Below, in pieces: positions 14,722 through 29,482 of a stretch of 64,000 bases of DNA (position 1 is the stretch's first letter; every line of letters starts with the position of its first letter). The position numbers and the translations under genes are program-made. The DNA is taken from assembly GCF_009914755.1 (NCBI RefSeq), contig NC_060932.1; one strand, given 5' to 3'. Origin of the DNA: the human T2T-CHM13v2.0 reference genome, Homo sapiens. The notes beneath the pieces are model-generated. The model had not been told where the DNA came from. It worked only from the letters and a program-made list of their open reading frames with translations, and did not search any database.

Positions 14722-17460
14722 CAGCCATACATTTTACTGCACTTTCTTTTATTATGCTTCACAGATATTGCATTTTTTACACATTGAAGGTTTGTGCCTG
14801 CATCAAGCAAGTCTACTGACACCATTTTTTTTTTCAACAGCATATCCCCACTTTGTATCTTTGTCACATTTTGATAATTATTGCAAGTTTTCAATTTTTA
14901 AGTTATTATTATATCTGTTATGGTGATCTGTGATCAGTGATCTTTGATGTTACTATTGTAATTATTTTGGGGAACAATAAACTGCACCCATATAAGACGG
15001 TGAACTTAATTGATAAATGTTGTATGTTTTATGACCACTTCAACCACTGGCCATTCCCCTCCTTCTCTCTCCTCAGGCCTTCCTATTCCCTGAGATCCAA
15101 CAATATTGGAACAAGAATAATTAATAACCCTGCAATGGCCTATAAATGTTCAAGTAAAAGGAAGAGTCGTATACCTCACACTTTAAATCAAAAGCTAGAA
15201 ATGATTATGCTTTGTGAGGAAGGCATGTCAAAAGCCTAGATTTGATAAAAGCTGTATATATTTGTCCATTCTCACGCTGCTAATAAAGACATACTTGAGA
15301 CTGGGTAATTTATAAAGGAAAGAGATTTAACTGACTCATAGTTCCACAGGGCTTGGGAGGCCTCACAAAACTTAGTCATGGTGGAAAGGGAAGCAAATAC
15401 ATCCTTCTCCACGTGGCAACAGCAAGGAGAAGCGCTGAGCAAAAGGGGGAAAGCCCCTTATAAAACCATCAGATCTCGTGAAAACTCACTCACTATCACA
15501 AGAACAGCATGAAAGGAACCACCTCCATAATTAAATTACCTCCCACTGGGTCCCTCCCATGACACATGGAGATTATGGAACCTACAATTCAACATGAGGT
15601 TTGGGTGGGGAGACAGCCAAACCATATCACTAGGTCTCTTGTGCCATACAATTAGCCAAGTTGTGAATGCAAAGGAAAACTTCTTGAAGAAAGTTAAAAG
15701 TGCGACTCCAGTAAACACAGAGATGATAGAAAAAAGAAGTGAAACATTTTTACTGCGGATACAGAGAATGTTTTAGTAGTCTGGATAGAAGAACAAATCA
15801 GACATACCGTTTCCTTAAGCCAAAACCTAATCCAGAGCAAGGCCCTAACTCTCTTCAATACTCTGAATGCTGAGAGAGGTGAGATAGTTGAAAACTAGCA
15901 GAAGTTGGCTCATAAGGTTTAAGGAAAAAAGTTGTCTCCATAACAGAAAAGTGCAAGATAAAGCAGTAAGTATTGATATAGAATCTGCGGCAAATTATTC
16001 AGATGATCTAAATAAGATCACTGATGAAGGCCACTACAGTACACAACAGATTTTCTATGTAGACAAAACAGCTTTCTGTTGGAAGAAGATGCCGTCAGGG
16101 ACTTTGACAGCTTCAAAGGAGAAGTTGATGCTTGGCTTCAAAGTTTCAAAGCACAGGCTGAGTCTCTTGCTAGGGCCTAATGGAGCTGATGACTTTAAGT
16201 TGTAGCCAGTGCTCATTTTCCATTCTGAAAATCCTAGAGTTCTTAAGAATCTACTTTGCCTGTTCTCCATACATGGAGCAACAAAGCCTGGATGACAGCT
16301 CATATGTTCACAGCATGGTTTCCTGAATAAATGTACATTATTGACTCATAATACTCATAACAGACTCATTGTTGTGACCTACTGTTTGGAAAGATTTTTT
16401 TCAAAATATTATTGCTCATTGACAATGCACCTAGTCACCCAAGAGCTGTAAGGGAGATGTACAGGGAAATTAATGTTGTTTTCATGCCCATAAATCAAGC
16501 AGTAGTTTTTGGCTTTCATATCTTATTATTTAAGACATATATTTCATAAGGTTATAGCTGTCATAAATTGCAATTCTTCTGATGGATCTGGGCAAAGTAA
16601 ATTGAAAACCTTTGGAAAAGGATTCACCATTCTAGATGCCATTAGTAACAATTGTGATTTAGGGAAGAAGGTCAAAGTGTCAACCTTAACAGAAGTTTTG
16701 ACAAGTTGATTCCAGCTCTCCTGGATGACTTTTAGAGGTTCAAGACATCAGTGGAGCAAGTCACTGCAGATGTGGTAAAAACAGCGCAAGAATTAGAATG
16801 AGAAGTGGAGCCTGAAGATGGGACTGAACTGCTTCATCTCATAATAAACCTCGAACTTATAAAAAATTGTTTCTTATGGATGAGCCAAGAAAGTGGTTTC
16901 TTGAGATAGAATCTACCCCTGGTAAAGATGCTGTGAACACTGTTGAAATGACAACCAAAGATTTAGAATATGGTTTCTGCTTAGCCAGTTGAGCAGTGGC
17001 AAGATTTGAGAGAACCGACTCCAATTTTCAAAGAAGTTCTACTATGAGTAAAATGCTATCAAATAGCATCACATGCTATAGAGAAATCTTTGTTAAAGGA
17101 AAAGTCAATTGATGTGACAAATTTCATTGTTGTCTTACTTTAAAAAGTTGCCACAGCCACCTTAACCTTTAGCAACCACAAGTTTTATCAGTCATCAGCC
17201 ATCAACATCGAGGCAAGATATTCCCCCCAGCAACTTACTGAAGGCTCAGATGATCATTAACAGTTTTTAGCAATAACATTTTTAAAATTAAGATATATAT
17301 TAGACATAATGCTATTGCAAACTTAGTAGACTACAGTGTAGTGTGAACATAACTTTTATATACACTAGGAAAAGAAAATGTGTGTGACTCACTTTATTGA
17401 GATATTTGATTTATTGCAGTGGTCTGGAACTGAACCTACAATACCTCCAAGATATGTCTG
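14722..17460 (+). mobile_element. Tigger1 DNA transposon, near full length, transposase disrupted
   Basis: Termini cagccatac.../...gatatgtctg followed by TA; ORF pieces MAYKCSSKRKSR..LNQKLEMI (CENP-B-type HTH start) and QQIFYVDKTAFCWKKMP (pogo DDE-domain start); many stops and frameshifts. Confidence 0.95.
15257..15629 (-). mobile_element. THE1 solo LTR nested in Tigger1
   Basis: Antisense THE1 ending ...cagccaaaccatatca; Tigger1 resumes at ctaggtctcttg. Confidence 0.92.
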
Positions 17461-19435
17461 TATAAGGAGAAAGGGGCAAAGGATTTGAGAGTTTAATGAG
17501 CATGATCTCAATAATGGGCTGTGGAATATAAGCTTTCCTCCTTCCTCCTGCAAATGTTTAATGATAGCCTGTGAAACATCATGAGAATTTTGGGGCTAGA
17601 GAAATGAACAGACATGGTTCTTGCTCTGAGAAAAGAAATTATATTATAGTCCATTATTTCCCAAACTGTAGTCATTCAAATGTCCCATCATATTTTTGTT
17701 ATATCTTTGTGCTCCCTGTATTATCATATAGTGTTTTTTAAAATTATGTACACTTTTAAGTCTTAATAAACTTATTTGAAAAGACATTATTTTTGGTCTC
17801 AATGAAAAGCCAGTCTCATTTGCCACAAATAGAAGGTAATTGTTAAACCCAATACAATTAAAACAGTATATATAACTAAATTCAACCCAGCTACTTTATT
17901 TGCTGAAGGCTCCAAGCCTAGATTTGCTGTCTGTTTGATAAAAAAGGAGATTATTAAATACGAAAGAGTTGTTAAGGACATACTAGCACAAAACTTAGCC
18001 CTTCTCCAGTCATTAGAAGGACTCAAGGGAAGGCAAAGGAGAATGTTTTCCACTTATCCTTAACTGTTATGAAGTGCACCATATAGTACAACGTAAAAGC
18101 AACTCTCATCTCTTTAGCGATGCACATCCCGTGTTTAAAGAAATACATATTCAGTAGGAAGACAGCCATACAAACAAGTACAATATACGTGGCAACGATG
18201 AGAAACAGATTCTAGCTACAGCATAGATTGTGAAGAGCCTTGAAGACCATAATAAATCAGCTCATCTTTCATTAAAAAAATTAAGTTTAGAAATCAAGAG
18301 ATGACTTGAGGATGAGTGTTCAGGGAATTGTGTTATTGTTGAGTTAGAAACTAAATCTGCAAGAGTCAGACTCCATAGAAAGTATGCCACATGGTGATGG
18401 ATTATCCATTCAGCTGCACCACAGATGGCCATAGAAGGCTCCACCACCAGAATGGGGTTAGTATCATTCTCTTACACTGAGGCTTGTTTGGGACATGAAC
18501 TTCACCTGCTCTTTTTTTTTAAAAACATTAACTTTCCATTCTGTGCTAGAGAAAAGTAATGTGAAGGCAGAGATGCCAGTTAAGAGAGGAAGTTACCCAG
18601 GTTGGAACCTATAAAGCCTAAAATAAGTTAGTAGAAGTTGGAATGGGAAGATAGAGTTGGAGATAAAAAGCATTTGACTGTAGTATCTGTAGGGCTTAGT
18701 GATAGATGATGGATTAGGGCAAATACGTGAAAGGAGGAATGATCCTAAGATGATAAAGTAGTTTGCTGATATTTAAGAGTATGTGGAATGTGAATTACAA
18801 TTTAAGAGACTTGTGTTGTCAAACTTCGTGAACTATTTTAGCTGGAAAGAGGCTTTTCTGGCTTATTTTCTGCTTCTTACCCTTGAAGCTGCAGACAAAC
18901 GAAATTGCCAAATATAAAACTTTCTTATTTATAAGGCGTGTCTGAACTATGAATTAAATATTAGAACATAAATAAAATTACTTTTTATTTAAATTTTAGA
19001 TTTCTAATAAAGGCTTAGCCTGAAATTTGGCATGAGAAGGCTCCATTAAGTGGTAAACCCCATGAAGACTGCAATAATATCTGTTGTTCAATAAATAGCT
19101 ATTTAATAAATGAAAATATTCTAAATCTTGCTATGTCAGTTTTTTACTTGATCAAATTGTTTTATTTGTTTCATTAAAAGTATTCATTGTGAACTACTTT
19201 CTGCCAGGCAACATGCTTTATAATCAAACAAAAACATTGTCAGTTTTCACAGATCCTTCTAGAGGATGAGATAAAGTATAATAAAACAACCACACAAATA
19301 ATTTTTAAATAGCAAATGTAATTGCATGCTACTAAGGCAGCTATGAGTTGTTAGGAGAACATGAATACATTCATTTACTAATTCAATAGTTATTGGTTGA
19401 ACCCTAATGTGTAATAGGCACTAGCGATATATATA

Positions 19436-19515
19436 TAAGGTTAGTGCAAAAATAACTGCAGTGTTTGCAATATAAAATAATGGCCAAAATCGCAATTACT
19501 TTTGCACCAATCTAA
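19436..19515. mobile_element. MADE1 (Hsmar1-derived MITE), complete 80 bp
   Basis: Palindromic taaggttagtgcaaaaataactgcag...cgcaattacttttgcaccaatctaa, flanked by TA. Confidence 0.9.
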
Positions 19516-19516
19516 T

Positions 19517-19531
19517 ACACACACACACACT

Positions 19532-19570
<39 letters not shown>
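19517..19570. repeat. (CA)n(TA)n microsatellite
   Basis: Directly visible, abutting MADE1. Confidence 0.95.
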
Positions 19571-22500
19571 GTTAGCTCATGCAAAGGTGATATATTAGCT
19601 TTTGGTAAATAGGAAAAGGGATAGGAGTGCAAAGGAGGTCATGATTTTAGACAAAGTAGCCTGGAAAGGAAGAATTCAGTGGGAAGGTAACTTTAAGTAG
19701 GTGAAAAAAGCCATCTATTTAGGCTTTCTCTCTCCTGCATCTCAATGCATAACACTTTAAGAAACCAGGGTTGTTGCGATGATCAAATGAGATAACATAA
19801 GAGAAACCATCTAAACTAGGACCTGGAGTCAGTTCCCAACTGAATGAATCTATTCCCTGGATTCAGAAGAGGTGCTGAAATGTGGTCCTCATATGCCTAC
19901 ATATTCTCTTCCTTGTTCCACCCAACTTCTAAAACAAATAAATCAGCCTCCCCAACTCATTCTTAATGTGATAAGTTGTATTTGCTTGGAACTACTACTT
20001 TTGTACCTAGGCTTGCTCCTGTTCATTCAACTCTTTTACCTCTGCAGTGCTGCAGAAGCCAGACTTGCAATATACTCTTGTTTTTTCTATGCATTGCTTG
20101 AGGCCTATAGAAAGGTAAGACAAATAACATTCAGTGGCAGTTCTAGGTCAGAATGCAAAACACCCTGGACAAATTTCCTTGTGTGGGTTACAGTGTCTGT
20201 AGCTAGTCGTAGCAGATTGGATAGCGCTCAGTTTGTGGGGCAACTTTGGTAAGATGCATACCCTTTTTAAACCTGTCTTCTCAGCCGCAAAACAAGAAGA
20301 AAGCTAACCTTTTCTGACCCCTTCAAAACATAAAGAGAGGGAAATAAGTTAATGTTTGGAAAGGCCTGTGTGACCCTTGAAGCCAAGACATTATCAAAGT
20401 ACAAAGTAAATTACAAGAACTGTTTGCTATCCCATTAGTAACTCAAATAGTACAAGGGGCTCCACCTGTCAAATCCTAGTTAGGCTTGTAGTGCACACTT
20501 GCTTTGCTCATGAGGATAAAAATGGAAATAAAAGAGTTGGAAACTCTCATTGGGCTCATTTTTAGAAAGTTTTGCAGTAGAAATCCTTATAGGCACAGAC
20601 AGGTTCTCTTTCATAGGTGCATTTAGCCCCAGTCCCTTCACTGAGCCTTGGAGCCTGGAAATAAGGTAAGGATTGGAGCTTGGAACCCAGAGACAAGATG
20701 TGAGGACTTTTGTGACTGTAGTCTAGTTTCTTAGAATCACCGGTTCTCTATCTCTGGACGTGTAAAATGAGAATCATCATCACCAACATCATAATTACTT
20801 TTTGGTTATGATGTCTCTTTAACATAATTAAATAGCTAAAATATATGGACTGTTAACTCTTACCATGTTAATCACTCTATTATACTATCTCCTTAAATCC
20901 CCACAAAACTTTATGAGATGTGGCTTATTATTATCCTTAATTTTCACACAAAAAAATGAGGCAGTGAAAGGTTGAATAAATTACCCCCATTAACAGCTCT
21001 CAGAAGCAGGGAGCATGAGATTCCTTTCCCCACAAATCTGCTGAGCTGACTGAAAAATGAAGCCCTACCTCTCTGAGTTCCATTTGCCTTTATATACACT
21101 AGAACTGGCATGGAGTGGTCAGTACTCCCCAGTGTTATCCATCTGTGGAGCAGAAATGCTTTTTGATTTGTAAAGCATTATTAAAATGATCCTATTCAGA
21201 TTAATAGTCACATATCCACAGGACAAATGTGTCCATCAAACCTTCCTGCAGGACAGCAAGCACTGAGGTATTTGTTGCATCTGCCTGTCTAGCACTGGAT
21301 GGATGCAAAAATAAATTCATTCTAGCTAAGATGAGAAGAGTGAGGGCTGGTGCATGGCTGTACTGAGTCAATACTTCAATTTCCCAAAGGTGTATTTAGT
21401 CTCTTTTCAACCTGTTTTCCTACAGTGTTAAACCAAATTGTAACTATTAGAATCTGCAATTTATTCCCTAGTATAATCGCATACTTATAAGGGATAGATA
21501 TTTGGGATGGGGGTGTGAGAGAGGGAGGGCTGGCAAAAAGCAAATAGAAGTACAAAACATTTGGCTCCTGATAGAACATTTTTAGCAGCCTTCAAACGTC
21601 TTTTATACACTAAGCTTCATTCAGATGAGAATTGGATCTCACCCCAAATTAGACAGCAATGTTGTGAATTAGGTGGAATGGAGAGCTAATATTTCTTCCA
21701 TTCCTAGTTGCTTGGAAGAAAAGACAAAATTTGACTGCATGTTTATGAGGCAGAGAGAGAGGCCAGTATTTGAGGACTGATATTTAAATGAACAACTTGA
21801 TTTTTGCCAAACTTTGATATTTAATCTTTTGGGGATAGGAGAGAAAAGGGAAAAAAATGTTGACTCATCTAGTATTTGCTAATGTCTCAAAGGACTGTGG
21901 TGGGTAGGAACAGGACAAGAGGACTGACAAAGTGGGAACTAACCATCCAGATCATTAGAAGTCGTAGATACACTAAGGATCCTGTTGGTCTTTTAATTCC
22001 AATGCATCTTCTGCAACGATATTCAAACTATGCCTAGGGTAAAGAAAGTGGATTCTAAAACAACCAAAGTAACATTCAGTTCATTGCAGAAACCTCTCAA
22101 ATATATAAAATTGGGTATCACAAGATTGAAAGCGACAAAGAGATGTCTTTTTTTTTTCATATCAAGAGGTGATTAAACACCATTGTTAAGTGATCTCCCA
22201 GCCTCAAAACTTAGACATTCTACTTTTACCTTTCACAAAGTGGTATCATATGAGCATTAAGCTCACACCAATTCAGCAACACTCAATCTCAACCAGGACA
22301 AAACAATAAATTGTTCAGGTTATTTCTCCCATCACTCTACTAATTTCTACTTCAGCAATGTGCTGAATAGGGTGTCAAGTGCAGAAAGAGGGACATATCA
22401 TTTTCTGGAATTATAAAAAAGTAAAAACCTCCAGGGATGTTGAACCTACTCTCCTGGAAGGATATATGTCAGTCTACAAAGTGGCCTTGCACACTTTTGT

Positions 22501-22654
22501 AATCCATTTTCAAGATAATTTTAATTGTACATTAAAAGAAATATCCCACACTGACTTTAGAACTTTGTCCTTCAGGAAGATACAATCCTACCATACTGCA
22601 ATCAAACTGATATTCCAAAACATGACAGACCATGTATCACCCTAAACAATGCTT

Positions 22655-23065
22655 TCACATTCAATCATTCCACAAATATTTAATAGGCACCTACTATTTT
22701 GTTACAGGTATTGGAAATACAGTGTTACACAAAACAGAAAATATTTCTTCTGGTGAGCTTTTATCCCAGCAGAGAAAAGCAGAAGGTAAACAAATAAACA
22801 CATACTAAGCAAGATGATCCCAGGTAATAGAAAACATTAAGGAGAAAACAAAACAGAGTGATGGAGAAATTGGTTAGTCAATTTAAGATGGAGCTGCAGG
22901 AAGCATTCCTTCTAAGAAGGGAATATTTATGCCAAGACATGATTGGCAATTGGTGGGAAGGAGTCAGCACAAGAGCCTCTGGGATGGGGGAATCAGAGAC
23001 ATAAATTACTGCAAAGTCCTTGAGACAGGAAGGAACTTGGCTTATTTGGGCAGCAGACAGAATAT
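22655..23065 (-). mobile_element. L2 3' fragment
   Basis: cattcaatcattccacaaatatttaataggcacctacta antisense tail. Confidence 0.7.
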
Positions 23066-24289
23066 CAGCAAAGCTGTATCTTCAGAAACATTAGCTACTA
23101 GTAAGCTCTTTTTCAGCATAAAAAACACTACTTGATCTGATACCACGTGACTTTCCAATTTCACCACTCCACACTCTTTCTCTTTCACTCTCTCTAGTTT
23201 TGCTGAACTATTCGGAGACTTCTCATGTATGTACCAGGCTGTTCATGTCTCCACTTATCAGTACACACTGTTATCCCTGCCTGAAATGTGCTTTTCTATT
23301 TTGTAACCTAGTGAATCCCACTCACTTTTGAAGATAAATCTTCCCTTTCATTCCTGTAGAATCACAGAGAGAAAATGATTAACTGCCCAAATTATCCAAA
23401 TTTCTATCACCATCAAAGGGCTTTGCTGCTTCTTTTAGAGCCTATATTCTAATTGAGTATTCCTTTTTAATGCTCTTCTTTGACTTATCATAGAATTTAG
23501 CATAACTTTTTAGGTTGTAGACTCCAGAAAAAGCACACCTTTCTTATATCTAACACAAAAATATACGTCAGCAGTCAGTACATTAATCAATTATTTCCCC
23601 TTCCCTTCCCTTCCTTCCTTCCTTCTTTCCTTCCCTCCTTTCTTCCTTCTTCTCCTTTAGTTCATTTAACTAAATTTCTAATTCATTTAACTAAACTTAG
23701 GTATAATATTTGCTGCTTCCCTTCTCCTCATCCCTTGCAGCCATGTTATTAGGCTCTGACTTGACAACACATGCTTCATCTACTCACCTTCACAAAGTCA
23801 TGTTGTTACCATCCTCTCTCTTCATTAAATATGATCCTGGTGGTCTTGTGTTCTTTCTTCCCTTCCTATGCACCAAAGGCCTTTACTTTGTTAACCTCTA
23901 AAAGGGACTATTCCAGATCAGTCTGCTTCATGCAGCAACCCTCTCTGCGCTTTCTGTCATGTCACCACTTATTTCCTTCACAAGACTTATCAAAATATTT
24001 TGTTTTCTAGTTTATAGTTCACCTTTTACTTTAACATAAATTCATTGAGGACTGAAACCTTGGATGCTTTGTACATCATTGTATCCTAGTACTCAGCACA
24101 GCATTTGGCACATAGCAGATGTTCAGTATGTACCAAATGAGTAAGTGAGTGAATGAATAAATGAACACGTACTTGAACACATGTATCATGCCAAGCTCTG
24201 TGTTAGGTAATGGAAATTTTTTTTTTTCAAAACCATGTTCAAATATATATATATATTTATTTAAATTTAATTTTTTAAAATTATTACTT

Positions 24290-24424
<135 letters not shown>

Positions 24425-26034
24425 TGAAAAATTAAATCATGGCCTTTGCCTTTGAGTCCCTTTTTCCTTCCTTGTAAGTCTAGCCTTTCTTTCTTCTGTT
24501 CTCACACTTAAGAAAAATATTGATTAGTACATGGAGTTAGAACCTCATGATAATGCCCTAGAAGAAAGATCATCGGTTTCATTTGGATTAAAAAAAAAAG
24601 TTAACTATGTCCTTAAAAGAGTCTCTAACCTTCGGTAGTCATTTTGTATTCTCTTGAATTTGATAATAAGATGGTGTGAATAGGTTAGATCAAGTATATC
24701 CCCTAATTAGCACTCATCACAGGGTACTGTGGTTAATGATTTATATACCTTCCTTACCAGACTCTGAGATATTCAGTGGAAAGCACTGCATCTTGTTTAT
24801 TTTTGTTTCCAGTCTTCATTTAGTATCACAATAGGCATACTAATTTTTTTCTAAGACAACAACCTAGGCATAAACTTAATTGTTTTTCAGAGCATGTATA
24901 AAGCTTTAGAGATTATGTTAGCTATCTTCTAACTTTTCAGATTTGAAAAATGATGGGAAGCATTGTGTTCAAAATAAATGACAAAGATAAAACTGTGACT
25001 TGGGTCTACGATTCCATGACTTGAGTACTTCTTCGTTGTTCAAAGTCACATCTTTATCTGAGAGGAAAAAAAAAAACCACCACTCTTGGGAATCATGCTG
25101 CTTAATGGAAACTTTGCTCTCTTGGGACAAGGCAGCAAACAATAAATTAAAAATAAATGCTGAGCTGGCAGGAAGATGATGTTTTATCCAAAGATTGCAC
25201 AGGCATATGCCCATAGGACAGCAAAGAAATTCTGTATTCTCTGAGTTCATGATTAGCAACAAAGAGCTGTAAATTGTCACTAAATTCACCTGTTAGGTGA
25301 TGCTGGAGAAAAACATTCCCTTCTGAAGACTGCTTTACTTTCAGTCACAATAAAGAATTAGACCTGAGAGCAACTTGGAGGCACACAACAGCCACTCTTT
25401 TTGCATCCTTACATCCATAGGATTAACAATTTTCAAATAATTAGCATGATGGTTAATTTTGTGTTTAGTTGACTAGGCTACAGAGTGCCCAGATAGCTAG
25501 CTAGACATTGTTTCTCGATGTGTCTGTGAGGATGTTCCTGGAAGAAATCACCATTTGAATCCATAGCCTGAGTAAAGAAAATTGCTCTTCCCGATGTGCA
25601 TGGGCATCATCCAATCTATTGCAGGTCGAATAGAACAAAAGGCAGAGAAAGGGAAACTTCTTTCTCTTTGCCCAACTGAGCAAAGTGAGACATTGGACTT
25701 CTCCTGCCCTCTGATCAAGACTTGCGTCAGCTGCACTCTTTGTTCTCAGGCTTTCAGACTTGAACTAGAACTTACCCCATCAGTTTTCCTGGTTCTCAAG
25801 AGTGAGTTGTGGACTCCAGAAAAAGATAAATTTTTCTCTTGCCTAACACGAGACATAAGGGTTTCTTGTGTCAACCCTTAATAAATTAATCAATCATTTC
25901 TCCTTCCTTCTTTGAAAAGAAACATACCACCAGCTTTCTGAGATCACCAGCTTGCAAAGGGCGCATTGTGGGGGCTTCTCATCCTCCATAATCATGCAAG
26001 CCAATTCCTTATAATCTCATTCTCTCTTTCAATA

Positions 26035-26272
26035 CAGTCAGCCCTCCACATATGCAGGTTTTGCATCTGTGGATTTAACCAACTACGATCAAAATCAGTG
26101 ATTATGGTGGGCCAATAGTACTTATTTATAATCCATGATTGGTTGAATCACAGAATCCTATGAAGGGCCAATTGTGCTATGCTAATTTAGATAAGGGACT
26201 TGAGCATCCTGTAATTTTGTTTTTTGTGGGATGTCCTGCAACCAGTTCCCCATGGGTTCAGCGTGCTGAACA
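26035..26272 (-). mobile_element. MER2/MER2B-like Tigger MITE
   Basis: cagtcagccctccacatatgcaggttttgcatc...aagggacttgagcatcc. Confidence 0.7.
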
Positions 26273-26276
26273 TATT

Positions 26277-26299
26277 TATCTCTCTCTCTCTCTATCCAT

Positions 26300-26333
<34 letters not shown>
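26277..26333. repeat. (TC)n/(TATC)n STR
   Basis: Directly visible. Confidence 0.9.
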
Positions 26334-28419
26334 CCTATTAGTTCTGTTTTTCTGGAGAACATTGACTAATACATAGCATTTTAAGTTCTTGAATAGTTAG
26401 TAAGCCTTATAGGTGACAGATGTTAACTATGTTAACTGGAACACTCAATTTACTGGAATAATTCTATGTTCCAGATTCTTGATAAAATCCTCATTTAATT
26501 TCCTTGATTTTCTTAATACATTGGGGAGCAAAGATAATAAGGGAATCCATGAACAGTCAGGATATCAACATTTATTGAGCACTTTTGTTGGAGGTGACAG
26601 CTTTCCAAAAACAGTTCAATAGCCATAGTTGTCCTCATTGTTTATGTAGCATCTAATCAGTTTCTTACCCAAACTTTAATGTCAGTTCCCTCTTGGTCTT
26701 ATTAGATTACTTTAGTGTTTCATCTGTCAGATTTCATCTATATCTAAATAGCCCATATTCTTGACCTTTTATCATCTGCTCTGCTAATGTACTCCTGGGC
26801 TATGCATGAAGCCCTTTTGATGGTTTAACTATGTTTTGCAAACAAAGGCCAGACAGCTGGTCTAGGGAGAACTCCCATCTGGCCTAGGCAATTCTTTCTT
26901 CTCAAAAACCATTGTGTTAACCCAAACAATGTGAAGTGGAGTCAAAATTTACACATAAACAAAATGTAAAAAATAAAAATTTTTAAAAAGCCACTTGATT
27001 TTGAAAAACATTCTCTCTTGTTCTAGGCCCCCATTCCTGCTGATGACAAAAGAAGCTGGGAATTGGTCCTTAACTTTCCATTCTCTTCCAGTTTAAGGCA
27101 GTCTCTTTTCTTTTATCTTGCCTTACTTTTACTTGTACAAATAATCTGTAGATTTAAAGTTCAAATTTCCTATTAAGGATATTTGTTTCTTCTGTTAAGA
27201 AATCTCTCCTCTTTGCTTTCTATCCAGACTGGTATCTGAGCAGAGGAAGAAGCTTCTATACTTTGGTGCTGCCCTTTGTTTGGGATGCCTTTTCTCCTTA
27301 GTATTTGGACAGGGATTCCTCTGAGGAATTATTTATTACTGAGGTAAAGTTACTTTGGCACAGGTGATGCTCTGTTACCTCTTCTGGATAGCTAGTTTCC
27401 ACAGGAATTCACCCTGGCTCTAGCTGCACATCTCATTTACTCCCGAAATTGGGAACACTATTATGCATCCTCAAAGGCTTTGCCCCTCCCATTCACAAAT
27501 TCAGTCTCCAGCACTCCCTGCCCACAGTCTTCTAAATCTCCTGAGGTACTCAGGAATTTCCTGCTCACAAAAGGTAGGAAAGTAGAAGTGTACTCTTAGC
27601 ATCCTTGCTCTGACCAAAGTTTTCATGCTACTGTCATAGTTGGCTTTACTCACTCCATGTTAGAAGACAGTTTCACCTCAACCGGAAATGAAACAAGTGC
27701 TCCAATTGCCTTTGGCTCCCCATATGACCCATCTGTGGTTTCTATCTCCAGGGTACCCCCCAAATTCACCCCATGGTTGAGATCTGTAAAAGGTGGTAGA
27801 AACTGCAAATCCCTGCAAAACCAAAGTAGGGTTCCTTCTCTACCTTTAATTCCTTCAAAATCTTTCCAACCACTATTTCATCCTTGAAGTAGAAAAGTTC
27901 TCTATCTCCTTTTGAAATAGGGAGAAGCATTCTTGGCCATATGTGGAGTTCTCTGTATCCATAGCTCATAATAATACTCCATATTCAAACCTTCAAGATT
28001 TTCTCTTACTATACAAGGAGAGATTTTTGAATTTAGAAATCCCCTTTTCTCTCTCACACACACACATGAAATTCTTCTTGTAAGACTTGTGACTTCCTTT
28101 GGGCTTTGCCTCCTATTTTGGAAGATAAAAGTTGAATATTGATTATTTTTCCTTTCTTTTCTCTAATCCTAATCTTTCTGGAAACAAATGGATGCTTTCA
28201 CTTGTACAGAGAGGAAGGAAACATCAGGAGGAGAAAACTTCCAACAATATTTTAAAATATTATGTTACAATGGTAAAAATCCTTTATAAGCTCCCCAAAG
28301 GAAGAGTGAACGGTATACATTTTGTAATTTATCCATTTCATTTGGCCATATCAATTATACCACAAAGCCTTTACCGTGATGAATTTTCTCTATAAATTTG
28401 AACTGAATGCAATTCAAAT

Positions 28420-28810
28420 CAGTTCAATATAGTTGCAATCAACAGATATTACTGAGTACCTGTTAATGTGCCAGGCACTGTGCTAAGTTGTAGGAATACT
28501 GATTAAGGAGGTACCTTTATCGTCTTTGAGGAGTGCATATCCCATGAAAAAACCAGGCTTATAAGTAAATAAATTAAAGTAAATTTAAAAATCAATGTAA
28601 TTATTTCAAAGACTATGGGAATAGCCATAAGAGAAATCTTTGACAATCTGTAAGAAAATATACTATTGTGATTCAGAGAATGGAAAATCTAAGGGACTTG
28701 AGGATAACTCATGAAATGAGGTGATGTCTTAGTTGGATTATAAAGGATGACTCATTAAATGGGGAGCCATTCCAGGCAGAGGGATTATACGTGAAAAAGG
28801 ACCAATGCAT
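28420..28810 (-). mobile_element. L2 3' fragment
   Basis: atattactgagtacctgttaatgtgccaggcactgtgctaag antisense tail. Confidence 0.7.
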
Positions 28811-29482
28811 ACCTTGGATAAAGAGACATTTGACTTCACTCACTATATGTACTCACAGAAGCCAAACATTTTTAATGCACTGATTAAATATTGTGTGCTG
28901 ACAATCTAAAGGGCACAAAACCCAGTCTTCTTTGAGAACACCCAGTCTGGGCATAAGAAAAGGGAGACACACTAAGTTAATAATTAAAATTAAGGTAACC
29001 AGAGGGTGTATGGGACATAAAGGAAGAGAGTCTGGGTTGTGTACTGCACTGCACTTTCTAGATAGACTGCAAGAATGTTCACACCTTTTCTGGATGGCTG
29101 GTCATACTACTTAGAAGGCTGTTTGGGATAAAATGACCTTATTAGGAGGGAGTGGTACTTAAGAGAGAAGATTTTAGACAGAGACACTTAAAAAGATTTA
29201 GTAGCACAATTGGAGTGGGGAGGGAGTTGACACAGCCCCCATCTGGCCAGCTTTTCTGATATCCTGATTTGTATAAGCAATCATTTCTCCTTATCATTTA
29301 GGGATGTGCTGGATGAAATTTTTCTTTAAGAGCAAAGACAACTCAGAAAGATGAATGTGTGTTGCTGAGCTAATCAACACACAGAATTAATCAACCTGAG
29401 GGAGAAGAATCATTTATGGACCTCTCATTTATTAGGAAGCCACTAATTTGGCTTCTGTGATCACTTAGATTTTTATATCTTC

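Larger units (their letters stand above)
25447..26373 (+). mobile_element. MLT2 (HERV-L) solo LTR with nested MER2-like element
   Basis: tgatggttaattttgtg start; tcctattagttctgtttttctggagaacattgactaataca end; TSD tagca on both sides. Confidence 0.85.

Noticed and set aside
14937-16709. Domesticated Tigger transposase (TIGD1-like)
   Set aside because: Broken by stops, frameshifts and a THE1 insertion
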